Origin: Fidelibacterota bacterium UBA2242
GTDB lineage: Bacteria > Fidelibacterota > UBA2242
Reading direction: 5' to 3'
Assembly: GCA_002347855.1 (NCBI GenBank)
Contig: DDYE01000017.1
Location: 271,685 to 335,684, forward strand
Length of the DNA stretch: 64,000 nucleotides
In this document: piece by piece, positions 1-10,967 of the stretch
Layout: every line of letters begins with the position of its first letter
How positions within the stretch are numbered: position 1 is the stretch's first letter
Notes under the pieces: generated by a model
The model's database searches: none
The model's input: only the letters and a program-made list of their open reading frames with translations
What the model was told of the DNA's origin: nothing
Position numbers and translations under genes: made by a program

Positions 1-247
1 GTTAGTCGGGGCAACTAACAATTTTGTCCGCGCTCCTTTTCTAATTGAAGGCACATTAGAAGGATTATGTGCGGCAGTAGTTGCGGTTATTTTCATTGCG
101 CTCAGTTTTTATTTTATCAATAATTACTTACAAGCATTCATTTCCTATCGAGCACTGGCGAGTTATCGTTTTTATATAGGATTGTTAGTTTTGGGCAGTC
201 TGATGGGGCTGGTAGGAAGTCTGCGGGCAATCCGCAAGTTCTTATAG
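1..247 (+). CDS. ftsX: Cell-division ABC transporter permease FtsX, C-terminal fragment (5' partial; frame 2; stop TAG at 245-247)
   Basis: Frame-2 translation reads ...NNFVRAPFLIEGTLEGLCAAVVAVIFIALSFYFINNYLQAF...LVGSLRAIRKFL*. This matches the conserved FtsX C-terminal TM helix and tail. It is absent from the ORF track because the start lies outside the window. Confidence 0.5.
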   Translation, partial: LVGATNNFVRAPFLIEGTLEGLCAAVVAVIFIALSFYFINNYLQAFISYRALASYRFYIGLLVLGSLMGLVGSLRAIRKFL

Positions 248-716
248 AGCGATACGCGCCTAATTGAATTCCAGAGGTTTTCCATCAATTCAGAAGTCAT
301 TTTCCTCTGAATAAGCACCGCAGGAAAAGTAAATTCTATTGCTTATATGTAATTATTTATTGCCCCCTGTCTCTACACTCCTGCGTCAATATAGTCTGTC
401 CACCTCTAACCAAGAATGAACGCGAATGAACAAAGTGATAAGGGATGAGTGACAAGTGACAGGGCTAAAGTTATGTTAGCGGCTTATGGCATCCTTCTGC
501 GTGAATCGTGATGATGAGTTTATTATTCTTCGCAATGCCATACCTATTACTCATATCTGATACACCCAAATTTTCAATTTTCAACCTACAATCTACAATT
601 TTCAAAATAAGAAACACTGAAACGGTCCTTGAATTCCATCAGGGCGGGACACGGCGTCTCACAAAGGAATCACGGATAACGCGGAATTAATCTTTAACCA
701 TCAATGACTATTGAGT

Positions 717-742
717 AATCCGTCAATTAGCGGATTTTTTTT
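717..742 (+). terminator. Orphan rho-independent terminator-like hairpin (aatccg-tcaattag-cggatt followed by T8) inside a 690-bp non-coding gap
   Basis: A perfect 6-bp stem and 8-nt loop are followed by an uninterrupted T-run (735-742). No annotated ORF ends upstream of it. Confidence 0.4.
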
Positions 743-961
743 CTTCTGAAATATTGGGGAAAAATCCTGGTCATTTTTGGAAAGTTTCAAGACATGGTAT
801 TCAGTTGGCAAGGATAAATTGGCTTAACGATCATCTTTTTGAGGAGTTAAAGGTTTTGATAATGAGAGTTAGGGAAGTTTAGGGGATTTGAAGTCAGGCG
901 GGATTTCTCGCGTATTTTAGATTGACTAAAATGCTGATTGACGAAAAAAAGGAGAAAGCCC

Positions 962-1686
962 ATGATTGAACTTCAGTATTATGCAGCCTATCGTCAAATG
1001 AAAAGATTTTACGATGTGCGCTATAAGATGGTAAGGTATGCCTTAGAGAATAATATAAGCCAGGCCGCCTGGCGCTTTGGGACGACGCGCCCGACTGTTC
1101 GGAAGTGGTTAACCCGCTATTTAGCCGCAGGTGAATCTGCTCTTTTAGATGAGAGTCGGCGTCCGCAGCATAGTCCCCGCAAGATTGCTGATGCTTTAGA
1201 GAAGAGGATTGTGACTTTACGAAGTCCTCAAGAAGGGCCTAATCATTCTAATTTGCGCGTAGCGCTTGTGAAGGGGCCATTATCTCTGAAGGAGGAGTAC
1301 AATTTGCCTTGCCGTGCCGCTACCATCTATCGGGTGCTCAGGCAGGATACATGATTAAAAACGAATTTTATGATATTGAAGATTATCAAAACCTCTGGGA
1401 CTTTTTGAACAAAGCCTTTACCTATAGTGTTTATTGCAACTACCAGCGTAACTTCCGCTACAAAAGAGGACGCATTCCCATTGAGATTATGAAGGAGTAT
1501 GGCTCACCGAAAATTAATCCAGATTTGCTAGGAATATTTCCACCTTTGATCTGTGATTACCCTCTCAATGTGATTACTAAGGGTGGATACCATGTCTTGA
1601 AATCAGACACTCAGGAGGATATTTATGCTTGTATAAAGGACTTAAACGAAGTAAATTTATTTGCTTTAAGTTATTTGTTGTTTATT
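962..1686 (+). pseudogene. Degraded IS481-family transposase (N-terminal HTH intact; frame breaks at 1351-1354; downstream part in-frame with ffh)
   Basis: A strong AGGAG Shine-Dalgarno sits 7 nt before ATG 962. The HTH_32-like region ISQAAWRFGTTRPTVRKWLTRYLAAGESALLDESRRPQHSP...TIYRVLRQ is typical of IS481-family Tnp N-termini (motif SRRPHRSP). This frame stops at TGA 1352-1354 while an ATG at 1351 opens an overlapping frame. That frame runs without a stop into ffh and has no recognisable DDE/rve core, so the element is truncated. Confidence 0.5.
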
Positions 1687-3012
1687 ATGTTTGAGCAATT
1701 ACAGACTGGATTTGAGAAAATAGTTCGCACCTTGCGGGGTGAAGGTAAGATTACAGAAGAAAATATTGCCGATACTCTGCGTCAGGTGCGGCGCATATTG
1801 CTCGAAGCAGATGTCAATTACAAAGTTGTCAAGAAATTCATTCAAGGCATACAGGAAAAAGCAGTTGGTGTTCCGGTGACAAAGAGTTTAACACCGGGAC
1901 AAATGGTCATTAAGATAATCCATGACCAGCTTACTTCTTTGCTTGGTCAGAATCAAGTTCAGTTAAAAGATGCCGCAATTCCACCGATGGTCATAATGCT
2001 CGTCGGATTGCAGGGTACGGGTAAGACCACGACTGCTGCCAAGTTAGGTTATTATTTACGTGCTCATCAGCGGAATCCTCTGTTGGTCCCTCTGGACTTA
2101 AAGCGTCCGGCGGCAGTGGAACAGTTACAGTATCTTGGAAAGCAGCATGATTTGTCAGTATTCGTGGAGGGCAAAGAGGTCGTTGAGCGAGCCAAAGCTG
2201 CTCTGAGTCATGCCCGACAAACGCATCGCGATGTAGTTATTCTGGATACGGCGGGACGTTTGCATCTTGATGAAGAGTTAATGGCTGAATTAGTCACACT
2301 CAAAAATGAGATTAAGCCCCATAATATTATCTTGGTCGTTGATGGTATGACTGGTCAGGATGCGGTCAATACGGCGATAAGCTTCGATCAACGCCTGGAT
2401 TTAGATGGTATGATCTTGACGAAAATGGATAGTGATTCTCGCGGTGGAGCAGCTTTATCTATCGTTAAAGTCACTGGCAAGCCAATTCAATTCATCGGAA
2501 CTGGTGAGAAAATAGCCGATTTAGAAATTTTTCACCCTGACCGGATAGCCAGTCGGATTTTAGGACTTGCGGATATTGTTTCTTTGGTAGAAAAGGTACA
2601 GTCTAATGTATCACTTGAAGAAGCCCAAAAAGTGACCCAAAATTTATATGCGCGCCAGTTTACCTTAAATGATTTTCTAAGTCAGTTACAACAGGTGAAA
2701 AAATTGGGACCACTTGAGAATATATTGGCTAATCTCCCTGGTTTCTCAAGAGCTGGGAGCAGTAAATTGCAGGTTGATAATCGCGAATTGATTAAAGCCG
2801 AAGCCATCATTCAATCTATGACCATTGCCGAACGGAATAATCCGATGATTATAAATGGCAGTAGAAGACGGCGAATTGCGTTAGGAAGTGGGACGACTCC
2901 TGCGGATGTCAATCGGTTATTGAATCAGTACTGGCAAGTTGTCAAAATGTCAAAACAATTGAGAAAGATGAAAATTCCCCGGGATTTTTCCGCACTGGGT
3001 TTAAATAAATAA
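1687..3012 (+). CDS. ffh: Signal recognition particle protein Ffh (SRP54 GTPase)
   Basis: An internal Met begins MFEQLQTGFEKIVRTLRGEGKITEENIADTLRQVRRILLEADVNYKVV, the canonical Ffh N-domain start. The G-domain motif is LVGLQGTGKTTTAAKL and the M-domain is Met-rich. The upstream in-frame 126 codons are IS-remnant-like, not Ffh. Confidence 0.9.
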   Translation: MFEQLQTGFEKIVRTLRGEGKITEENIADTLRQVRRILLEADVNYKVVKKFIQGIQEKAVGVPVTKSLTPGQMVIKIIHDQLTSLLGQNQVQLKDAAIPPMVIMLVGLQGTGKTTTAAKLGYYLRAHQRNPLLVPLDLKRPAAVEQLQYLGKQHDLSVFVEGKEVVERAKAALSHARQTHRDVVILDTAGRLHLDEELMAELVTLKNEIKPHNIILVVDGMTGQDAVNTAISFDQRLDLDGMILTKMDSDSRGGAALSIVKVTGKPIQFIGTGEKIADLEIFHPDRIASRILGLADIVSLVEKVQSNVSLEEAQKVTQNLYARQFTLNDFLSQLQQVKKLGPLENILANLPGFSRAGSSKLQVDNRELIKAEAIIQSMTIAERNNPMIINGSRRRRIALGSGTTPADVNRLLNQYWQVVKMSKQLRKMKIPRDFSALGLNK

Positions 3013-3030
3013 ATGTAAAGGAGGAAATGC

Positions 3031-3504
3031 GTGGCAGTAAAAATCAGATTATTGCGAATCGGACGGAAAAAACGACCATTTTATCGCGTGGTAGCAATTG
3101 ATTCTAGGACTCGCCGTGATGGTCGCTATCTGGAGAAACTGGGTTATTATGACCCGTTGACCAAACCAGCGACCGTGAAGCTTGAAAAGGAGAAAATTTT
3201 AGCTTGGTTAGAGAAGGGAGCTATCCCCTCTGAAACCGTTTTTAACCTTTTGCAGAAAGAGGGAATTGCCCTCGAATGGCATTTAATAAAAAATAAATTT
3301 GATGCTCAGGCGGCAAATATAGAACTGCAGAAATGGGCGATGTTGAGGAAAATGCCAGTTACCAAATTAGAAAATACGCTGCTTGAACCTGAAAAAGAGG
3401 TTGTTCTGGAAGAAGAGACTGAAGCACCCGCTGAAGAAGTTAAACCTTCCGGAGAAGAAAAACCTGTTGAGGAATCTCCTGGGGAATCGACAGAGACCAA
3501 TTAA
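3031..3504 (+). CDS. rpsP: 30S ribosomal protein S16 with acidic/Pro-rich C-terminal extension
   Basis: [43 protein letters not shown] is the bS16 signature. The C-terminal ~50 aa are Glu/Pro/Ser-rich. Confidence 0.9.
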   Translation: MAVKIRLLRIGRKKRPFYRVVAIDSRTRRDGRYLEKLGYYDPLTKPATVKLEKEKILAWLEKGAIPSETVFNLLQKEGIALEWHLIKNKFDAQAANIELQKWAMLRKMPVTKLENTLLEPEKEVVLEEETEAPAEEVKPSGEEKPVEESPGESTETN

Positions 3505-3602
3505 ATACGTTATTTTTTGAAAAATTAGATTCTTTCTTAAATTTTAACTGCTTGGTTTTTTGAAAAAGGTATTAATCTGCAACCAGAAAGAGGAGAACAC
3601 CT

Positions 3603-3836
3603 ATGAAAGAGTTCGTCGAATTCATCGTTAAGAGATTAGTTGATCATCCTGATGAAGTAAAGGTATCCCAAATTGACAGTGAAAAGACTGTAATTTTGGA
3701 ACTGCAGGTAAAAGAAGGCGATTTAGGTAAGGTCATTGGCAAGAAGGGACGCACTGCCAAAGCCATTCGAACGCTCTTAACAGCCGCAGCCGCCAAGCAA
3801 GGACAGAAACGCGCCATTTTAGAGATTATTGAATAA
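3603..3836 (+). CDS. KH-domain RNA-binding protein (YlqC/UPF0109-like)
   Basis: The [18 protein letters not shown] motif is a KH GXXG loop. Position between rpsP and rimM is conserved. Confidence 0.7.
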   Translation: MKEFVEFIVKRLVDHPDEVKVSQIDSEKTVILELQVKEGDLGKVIGKKGRTAKAIRTLLTAAAAKQGQKRAILEIIE

Positions 3837-3838
3837 CT

Positions 3839-4351
3839 TTGAGGATGACGAAGGTAGCACTTACCCTAATTGGGTCTATCCTCAAGGCGCGTGGTTTAAA
3901 AGGGGAGGTGCTACTGAAAGTTCATTCACAAAGTGTTGAAATTAACCAGAATCTCAAGGTGGTTTGGTTGGGTGAGGATGACGACCACCTTTATCCGTGG
4001 GAAGTAGAATACTTACGGATAAGAGAAAAATCTGCTTTTTTGAAATTGCGAGCTATTAATTCCCGGAGTGAAGCGGAGTATCTAAAAAATCTTTCTGTTT
4101 ACGTACCAGTCGATGATTTGAAAGAACCGGAATATTCAACGCTAATCGGTTTTCGTGTAAAAGCTCATGATTGGTCAGAAATTATCGGCGAAATTACAGC
4201 CTTTGATGATACAGGCAAGCAGGCTCAATTTACCGTACAAGTTGGACAAAAAAACCTGCTTTACCCGGCTGTAACCGAGCTTATTGGTGCAATTGACTGG
4301 GATAATCGGACGGTATGCTTGAATATGATTGAGGATTTGATAAATCTATGA
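3839..4351 (+). CDS. rimM: 16S rRNA processing protein RimM
   Basis: ARGLKGEVLLKVHS matches the RimM N-terminal motif, followed by a PRC-barrel-like C-terminus. Synteny is rpsP-rimM-trmD. Confidence 0.85.
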   Translation: MRMTKVALTLIGSILKARGLKGEVLLKVHSQSVEINQNLKVVWLGEDDDHLYPWEVEYLRIREKSAFLKLRAINSRSEAEYLKNLSVYVPVDDLKEPEYSTLIGFRVKAHDWSEIIGEITAFDDTGKQAQFTVQVGQKNLLYPAVTELIGAIDWDNRTVCLNMIEDLINL

Positions 4352-5070
4352 AAATATTTATTGTGACCGCCTTCCCGGGAATGATTCAAGCCTGTTTGAG
4401 TGTCAGTATGTTCCAGAAGGCAATGGAAAAAGGTTGTGTCGAATATTATGTCTGGAATTTGCGGGATTTTACCCGTGATAAACATAAGCAGATTGACGAC
4501 AAACCTTTTGGTGGCGGAGCCGGAATGGTGTTGAAGCCGGAACCATTTTTCCGAGCGTTCGACAAAATTAAAAAACTCACGAATAAGAAAAGTTTAAGGG
4601 TCATTTTTCCAACACCACAGGGCAAAATTTTTAATCACCAGTTAGCTACTGAATTAGCCACCGAACCAGAACTGGTTATTTTCTGCGGACATTATAAAGG
4701 AGTCGATGAGCGGGTAATAGAAAGTCTGGTGACCGACGAAATTAGTATTGGCGACTATGTCTTAACAGGCGGGGAATTACCAGCTTTGGTGATAATTGAT
4801 GCTGTAATTCGGCATATACCCCAGGTTCTCCACTCTTACGATTCAGCCGCCACCGATTCTTTTGCTGATTATTTACTGGAAGGACCAATCTACACTCATC
4901 CACGTCGTTACCGGCGCAAAGCGGTACCTGAAATTTTATTAAGTGGCAATCATGCCAAAATACAAATGTGGCGAGAAGAACAGCGCCTTAAACGCACCCG
5001 AGAACGCCGCATGGATTTGCTAAACCTAAGATCTAAAAAGGAAAAGGAAATTGGAGGAAAAAATGGATAA
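4348..5070 (+). CDS. trmD: tRNA (guanine37-N1)-methyltransferase TrmD
   Basis: [13 protein letters not shown]..., [17 protein letters not shown] and the SPOUT knot motifs are present. Overlaps the rimM stop by 4 nt. Confidence 0.9.
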   Translation: MKIFIVTAFPGMIQACLSVSMFQKAMEKGCVEYYVWNLRDFTRDKHKQIDDKPFGGGAGMVLKPEPFFRAFDKIKKLTNKKSLRVIFPTPQGKIFNHQLATELATEPELVIFCGHYKGVDERVIESLVTDEISIGDYVLTGGELPALVIIDAVIRHIPQVLHSYDSAATDSFADYLLEGPIYTHPRRYRRKAVPEILLSGNHAKIQMWREEQRLKRTRERRMDLLNLRSKKEKEIGGKNG

Positions 5071-5413
5071 ATTAACTGCAGCAGTAGCTGACCAATTAAA
5101 GACTGATATTCCTAACTTTAAACCTGGTGATACCGTAGCGGTTGAAGTCAAGACTATCGAAGGAGATAAAGAACGTATTCAGACTTTCAAGGGCGTAGTC
5201 ATAGCTCGAAGCGGGTCGAATGTCAGTGAGACTTTTACTGTGCGAAAAATTTCGAACGGTATTGGAGTAGAAAGAATTTTTCCCCTTCATTCGCCAAAGA
5301 TTACAAAGATCGAGCGCATATCCACCGGTAGGGTGCGGCGCGCCAAATTGTACTATCTACGCAATTTAAAAGGCAAAGCAGCCAAGATTAAAGAAGAAGA
5401 TCAGAAAATATAA
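5063..5413 (+). CDS. rplS: 50S ribosomal protein L19
   Basis: [37 protein letters not shown]...[21 protein letters not shown] is the bL19 signature. The start could alternatively be the ATG at 5051. Confidence 0.85.
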   Translation: MDKLTAAVADQLKTDIPNFKPGDTVAVEVKTIEGDKERIQTFKGVVIARSGSNVSETFTVRKISNGIGVERIFPLHSPKITKIERISTGRVRRAKLYYLRNLKGKAAKIKEEDQKI

Positions 5414-5426
5414 GGTTAACATTTCT

Positions 5427-6227
5427 TTAAAAATTATTGTTAGCGATAAAATCTATCCCAACGATAATTAGGAAAATACCATAAAGTCGCCTCACAGTTT
5501 TAGTCGGTAACTTTAAGGTTAAGAGGGCGCCATTAAAAGCTCCCAAAAATAAGCCAAATCCAATAAAAATAGCCGCGCGCAAGTCTAATAACCCAGCGTT
5601 ATAATAGACCGCAACACCCGGTAAACCAACTGGAAATAAGAGAGCAAGAAGAGAAGTACCGATTGCTAATTTATAAGGGAACCGGAAAAGAGTAGTCAAT
5701 AAAGGTACAATTACAATACCACCGCCAATTCCAAAAAAGCCAGCAAAAATTCCAGCCAAGATACCCACTATAAGCGCAGTAGCGACGGGATTTTTAGGAT
5801 AAGTGGGGCTATCATTTTCATTTGCCGGTGAGAAATTCGGTGTCTGTTTTTTCTTTAGAATCTTAGAGAATTCCAAAAAGTTATTGCTTATAATGAGTAG
5901 AAAAAGTCCGTAGATTTTTTTCAGGAGGTCGCTGGGAATCTGAACAGCTGAAAGTGAACCAATCAATACCCCCCCAACAATACCCGCCGCTATAATAAGA
6001 GCAGTCTTAACTTGAACTAAATTTTCGCGATAATATTTTATCACTGCAAGAATGCCGACAGGCAGTAAGAGAGCAGCCAGTGAGGTCCCATTTGCCATAG
6101 CAGGAGGGAAATGATAGAAAAGAATTAGAGCCGGAACGATGACAATACCGCCACCAATTCCAAACATACCTGACATGATGCCAGCAATAGTACCTAAAAA
6201 TAAATAGGAAAGAAAATTTGTAATCAT
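5427..6227 (-). CDS. TSUP/TauE-SafE family membrane transporter (sulfite exporter-like)
   Basis: Two internal repeats each carry a GIGGGIVIVP motif. The protein is multi-TM and is the only minus-strand gene in the first 23 kb. Confidence 0.75.
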   Translation of the reverse strand: MITNFLSYLFLGTIAGIMSGMFGIGGGIVIVPALILFYHFPPAMANGTSLAALLLPVGILAVIKYYRENLVQVKTALIIAAGIVGGVLIGSLSAVQIPSDLLKKIYGLFLLIISNNFLEFSKILKKKQTPNFSPANENDSPTYPKNPVATALIVGILAGIFAGFFGIGGGIVIVPLLTTLFRFPYKLAIGTSLLALLFPVGLPGVAVYYNAGLLDLRAAIFIGFGLFLGAFNGALLTLKLPTKTVRRLYGIFLIIVGIDFIANNNF

Positions 6228-6482
6228 AATTTCTTTAAGTAAGTTACGAAAGAAGTGGCGATGAAAAAAAGGTTGATAACGTTATGTTCACAGGAAAGGA
6301 ATTAATGGTTGCGGTTATATTAAAAATGCTTCTGCCTTTATGGCGCAAGGTAAAAGTGGCACATCATTTGTAAAACTAAAGGCGCTTTTTTGACAAGTTG
6401 TCCCGCCCAGGTGGGATTAGAAACAAAGTTAGGTTTGAATCGGGCAGTGAAAATAAAACATAAACAATGAAAGGAGAATTGT

Positions 6483-6767
6483 ATGAAGATTAAGCCTTTA
6501 GCAGATCGAGTAGTTGTGAAACCTTCTGAGGCTGAAGAGAAGACCGCAGGAGGAATCATTTTACCGGATACTGCCAAGGAAAAACCACAAGAGGGTACGG
6601 TAGTGGCTGTAGGTCCTGGCAAAGTCAGTGAGAATGGTGCCAAAATACCTATGGAGGTCAAAGTGGGTGACCGGGTATTGTATGGGAAATATTCGGGTAC
6701 CGAAGTCACGATTGATGGTGTTGAGCATCTGATTATGCGCGAAAGCGATATTTTAGCGATTTTATAA
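6483..6767 (+). CDS. groES: Co-chaperonin GroES
   Basis: [44 protein letters not shown] is the canonical Cpn10 sequence. Confidence 0.9.
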   Translation: MKIKPLADRVVVKPSEAEEKTAGGIILPDTAKEKPQEGTVVAVGPGKVSENGAKIPMEVKVGDRVLYGKYSGTEVTIDGVEHLIMRESDILAIL

Positions 6768-6783
6768 AAATAAGGAGACATGA

Positions 6784-8466
<1,683 letters not shown>

Positions 8467-8484
8467 GAGAATGCTTTTCGAAAA

Positions 8485-8517
8485 AGCCCCTGAATTGATT
8501 TCAGGGGCTTTTTTTTA
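8485..8517 (+). terminator. Rho-independent terminator of groESL
   Basis: Perfect 9-bp stem agcccctga/tcaggggct with a 7-nt loop, followed by T8. Confidence 0.7.
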
Positions 8518-8597
8518 TAGATAAAAAGATTTTTTCTCCTTAACTTTAATCAATAATATTTGATATATGATAAAAATTCAACAATAGAGGAGGAATT

Positions 8598-8981
8598 ATG
8601 GCAGGATTGTGGGATAATATTAAAAAGAATGTGAGTGAATTTGCGACTAAGGCTGCCGAAAAAGCAGGCGAAATTACTCGTGAAGCTGCTGATAAAGCAG
8701 AAGAACTTACTAAACTCGGGAAGGTGAAATTGGACATTTTCCAAATCAAACGTGACATCGAGAAAAAATTTACTGAATTGGGTGGCACAGTCTATGATTT
8801 AGTGAATGGTACCGAAGAAACTGATATTGCCAACCATTCCAAAGTGCAAGCAATCGTGAAAGATGTCCAGAATCTCGAAGTCCAGCTAAAAGAAAAAGAA
8901 GCTCTATACGAGAAAATTCGCGCCACCTCTAAGGAAGGTGCCAAACCAGAAACACCACCGCCGGCGGAAACTGATAAATAA
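8598..8981 (+). CDS. Hypothetical coiled-coil protein (Lys/Glu-rich, Pro-rich tail)
   Basis: ORF with good coding look and a purine-rich aggagg RBS before the ATG. No family recognised. Confidence 0.4.
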   Translation: MAGLWDNIKKNVSEFATKAAEKAGEITREAADKAEELTKLGKVKLDIFQIKRDIEKKFTELGGTVYDLVNGTEETDIANHSKVQAIVKDVQNLEVQLKEKEALYEKIRATSKEGAKPETPPPAETDK

Positions 8982-9017
8982 ACAATTACCATTACTTCTC
9001 TTCTAAGGTTTACGCTT

Positions 9018-9884
9018 ATGTTAGAAGAAGGGCCATCAAAAAAAAATCTTCCCTTCTCTGCCAGTGGTATTTTAAAACGCTACCTTGAAGAAATTAGTCG
9101 CGAACAGCTGCTGACACCAGCTGAGGAAATCGAATTAGCCATTAGAGTAAAAAATGGTGATCCAGAAGCACTGGATAAATTTTTAAGAGCGAATCTCCGC
9201 TTCGTTGTTTCCGTAGCAAAAAAATATCAGAATCACGGGCTTTCTCTGGAAGACCTAATTAACGAAGGAAATATTGGATTAATTAAAGCTGCTAAACGCT
9301 ACGATGAAACGCGTGGTTTTAAATTTATTTCGTACGCCGTCTGGTGGATCAGGCAAACCATTTTGCAGGCTATTTCTGAATATGCTCGCCTCGTTCGCTT
9401 ACCGTTAAATGTGGTTGGTAATATCAACAAAATTTCAAAAGCAAAAGCTAATTTTGAGCGCGATTTTGAACGCGAGCCAACCGAAGAAGAAATTGAAGAA
9501 ATACTGTGGAATGAAAATATTGACCTGGATTTGACGCGGCAGCTTAGTGAAAAACCACTCAGTATTGATTCTCCTCTTACTCAGGACAATAGCTGCACTT
9601 TACAAGACGTTATTCCGGGGCAAGAGGAATTTGATCCAGTTTTTCATATCAACGAAGAATCGTTTCAACTGGAAATTCAGCAAGCGTTGAATACTTTAGA
9701 GAAAAGGGAAGCCGAAGTTTTACGGCGTTATTTTGGTATCGGACAAGAATCACCTGAGTCACTTGAGCAAATCGGTGCTGCTCTCAATTTGACTCGTGAA
9801 CGTGTACGGCAGATAAAAGAAAAAGCCTTGCGCAAACTGCGACATAGTTCTCGTACATTTTATTTACGAGGTTATCTTGGATAA
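9018..9884 (+). CDS. rpoD: RNA polymerase sigma-70 family factor, short primary-sigma type (regions 1.2-4, no region 1.1)
   Basis: Region 2 reads LRFVVSVAKKYQNHGLSLEDLINEGNIGLIKAAKRYDETRGFKFISYAVWWIRQTI. Region 4 reads LTRERVRQIKEKALRKLR. Length is 288 aa, as in the Bacteroides-type sigma-A. Confidence 0.7.
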   Translation: MLEEGPSKKNLPFSASGILKRYLEEISREQLLTPAEEIELAIRVKNGDPEALDKFLRANLRFVVSVAKKYQNHGLSLEDLINEGNIGLIKAAKRYDETRGFKFISYAVWWIRQTILQAISEYARLVRLPLNVVGNINKISKAKANFERDFEREPTEEEIEEILWNENIDLDLTRQLSEKPLSIDSPLTQDNSCTLQDVIPGQEEFDPVFHINEESFQLEIQQALNTLEKREAEVLRRYFGIGQESPESLEQIGAALNLTRERVRQIKEKALRKLRHSSRTFYLRGYLG

Positions 9885-9892
9885 AAAATTGT

Positions 9893-9921
9893 TGACAAAT
9901 TCGATTTCAGTACGTAAAATA
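9893..9921 (+). promoter_or_regulatory. Candidate sigma-70-like promoter (TTGACA-17-TAAAAT) upstream of the M23 peptidase gene
   Basis: Exact -35 hexamer at 9893-9898, 17-nt spacer, and -10 TAAAAT at 9916-9921. Confidence 0.3.
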
Positions 9922-9968
9922 GCATTGCAGATGGGTCAAGTGAGAAAAGGTAGAAGATTCGAAGATAG

Positions 9969-10889
9969 ATGAAGAGCGTACCTAAGGTTCTTTTTGTTTG
10001 GCATACATCCAAAGGAGTGCGTTCCTTTTCGTTTACCATCGGAAAAATAGCGGCTGTTACTACTGGTATCGTTCTGGGATTAGCCTTACTGGTTTTCCTC
10101 AGTGCCAATGTTTTATCTCATATGGTCTATCAAAACAAGATTCACAAATTGAAAAAGAATAATAGCCGGCTCATCAATACCTTTTACGACCTTTCTAATC
10201 GCCTCCAGCGAATGGAGTCTGAGGTCAGCCTGCTTGTCGAAAAAGATAAAGCCCTGCGCACTTATGTTGATTTACCGAGCATTGATACTGACATCCGCAA
10301 GCTCGGTATCGGTGGTAAAGTAGTTTCTGAAACCGAAGAACTTGATCAACTGCTGCCGGATGGCAATTTAAAAATATCCGATTTGGCAAATAATCTTGAC
10401 CGACTCGCTCGTGAAATGAAATTCGAAAGAATCAGCTACGAAACAATTTATGACGCTTTTAAGAATCGTACCGATCAGATACAATCCACCCCGTCTATTC
10501 GACCAATTTATACTGGTTTTATCAGTGATGGATATGGCTATCGCCGTGATCCTTTTACTGGGCGGCGAGAATTTCATTATGGTATTGACATTTCAGCACC
10601 AATGGGGACTCCGGTCTTTGCAAGCGCAGATGGTGTGGTTGGTTCAACTGGTTACAAGGGCACCTACGGGAATATGGTGGAGATTAATCACGGTTTTGGC
10701 TATTCAACTGTCTATGCCCATCTTTCACGGATTTATGTCAAACCCGGTGATGTCATTAAACGTGGGCAGCGGATTGGAGAGGTCGGTAGCACCGGACGGA
10801 GCACTGGTCCCCATCTCCATTATGAGGTTTTGCAATTCAATATCAATAAAAATCCTCTCGACTATTTCTTCACGGGATACATTCACTAA
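9969..10889 (+). CDS. M23 family metallopeptidase (LytM domain; N-terminal TM and coiled coil, EnvC/NlpD-like)
   Basis: HYGIDISAPMGTPVFASADGVV...GNMVEINHGFGYSTVYAHL...GSTGRSTGPHLHYEV gives the HxxxD and HxH zinc motifs. Confidence 0.8.
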   Translation: MKSVPKVLFVWHTSKGVRSFSFTIGKIAAVTTGIVLGLALLVFLSANVLSHMVYQNKIHKLKKNNSRLINTFYDLSNRLQRMESEVSLLVEKDKALRTYVDLPSIDTDIRKLGIGGKVVSETEELDQLLPDGNLKISDLANNLDRLAREMKFERISYETIYDAFKNRTDQIQSTPSIRPIYTGFISDGYGYRRDPFTGRREFHYGIDISAPMGTPVFASADGVVGSTGYKGTYGNMVEINHGFGYSTVYAHLSRIYVKPGDVIKRGQRIGEVGSTGRSTGPHLHYEVLQFNINKNPLDYFFTGYIH

Positions 10890-10967
10890 TATCGTTAGTT
10901 AAAGATACACTCCCTTTCAGGTATAATCATAGGAAATTGATTTAATTCTCTTAAATTTTCGCGGTAT

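Noticed and set aside
508-690. 60-aa ORF in the large non-coding gap
   Set aside because: Low-complexity, Phe/Ile-rich, with no RBS and no recognisable family. It reads across the tandem caattttcaa repeat. Most likely non-coding.
6228-6482. Searched for a CIRCE (TTAGCACTC-N9-GAGTGCTAA) HrcA operator upstream of groES. Noted a TGGCAC-N5-TTGT sigma-54-like motif at about 6355-6370.
   Set aside because: No CIRCE inverted repeat is present. The -12 element is TTGT, not TTGC, and no enhancer-binding-protein context is visible. Too weak to call.
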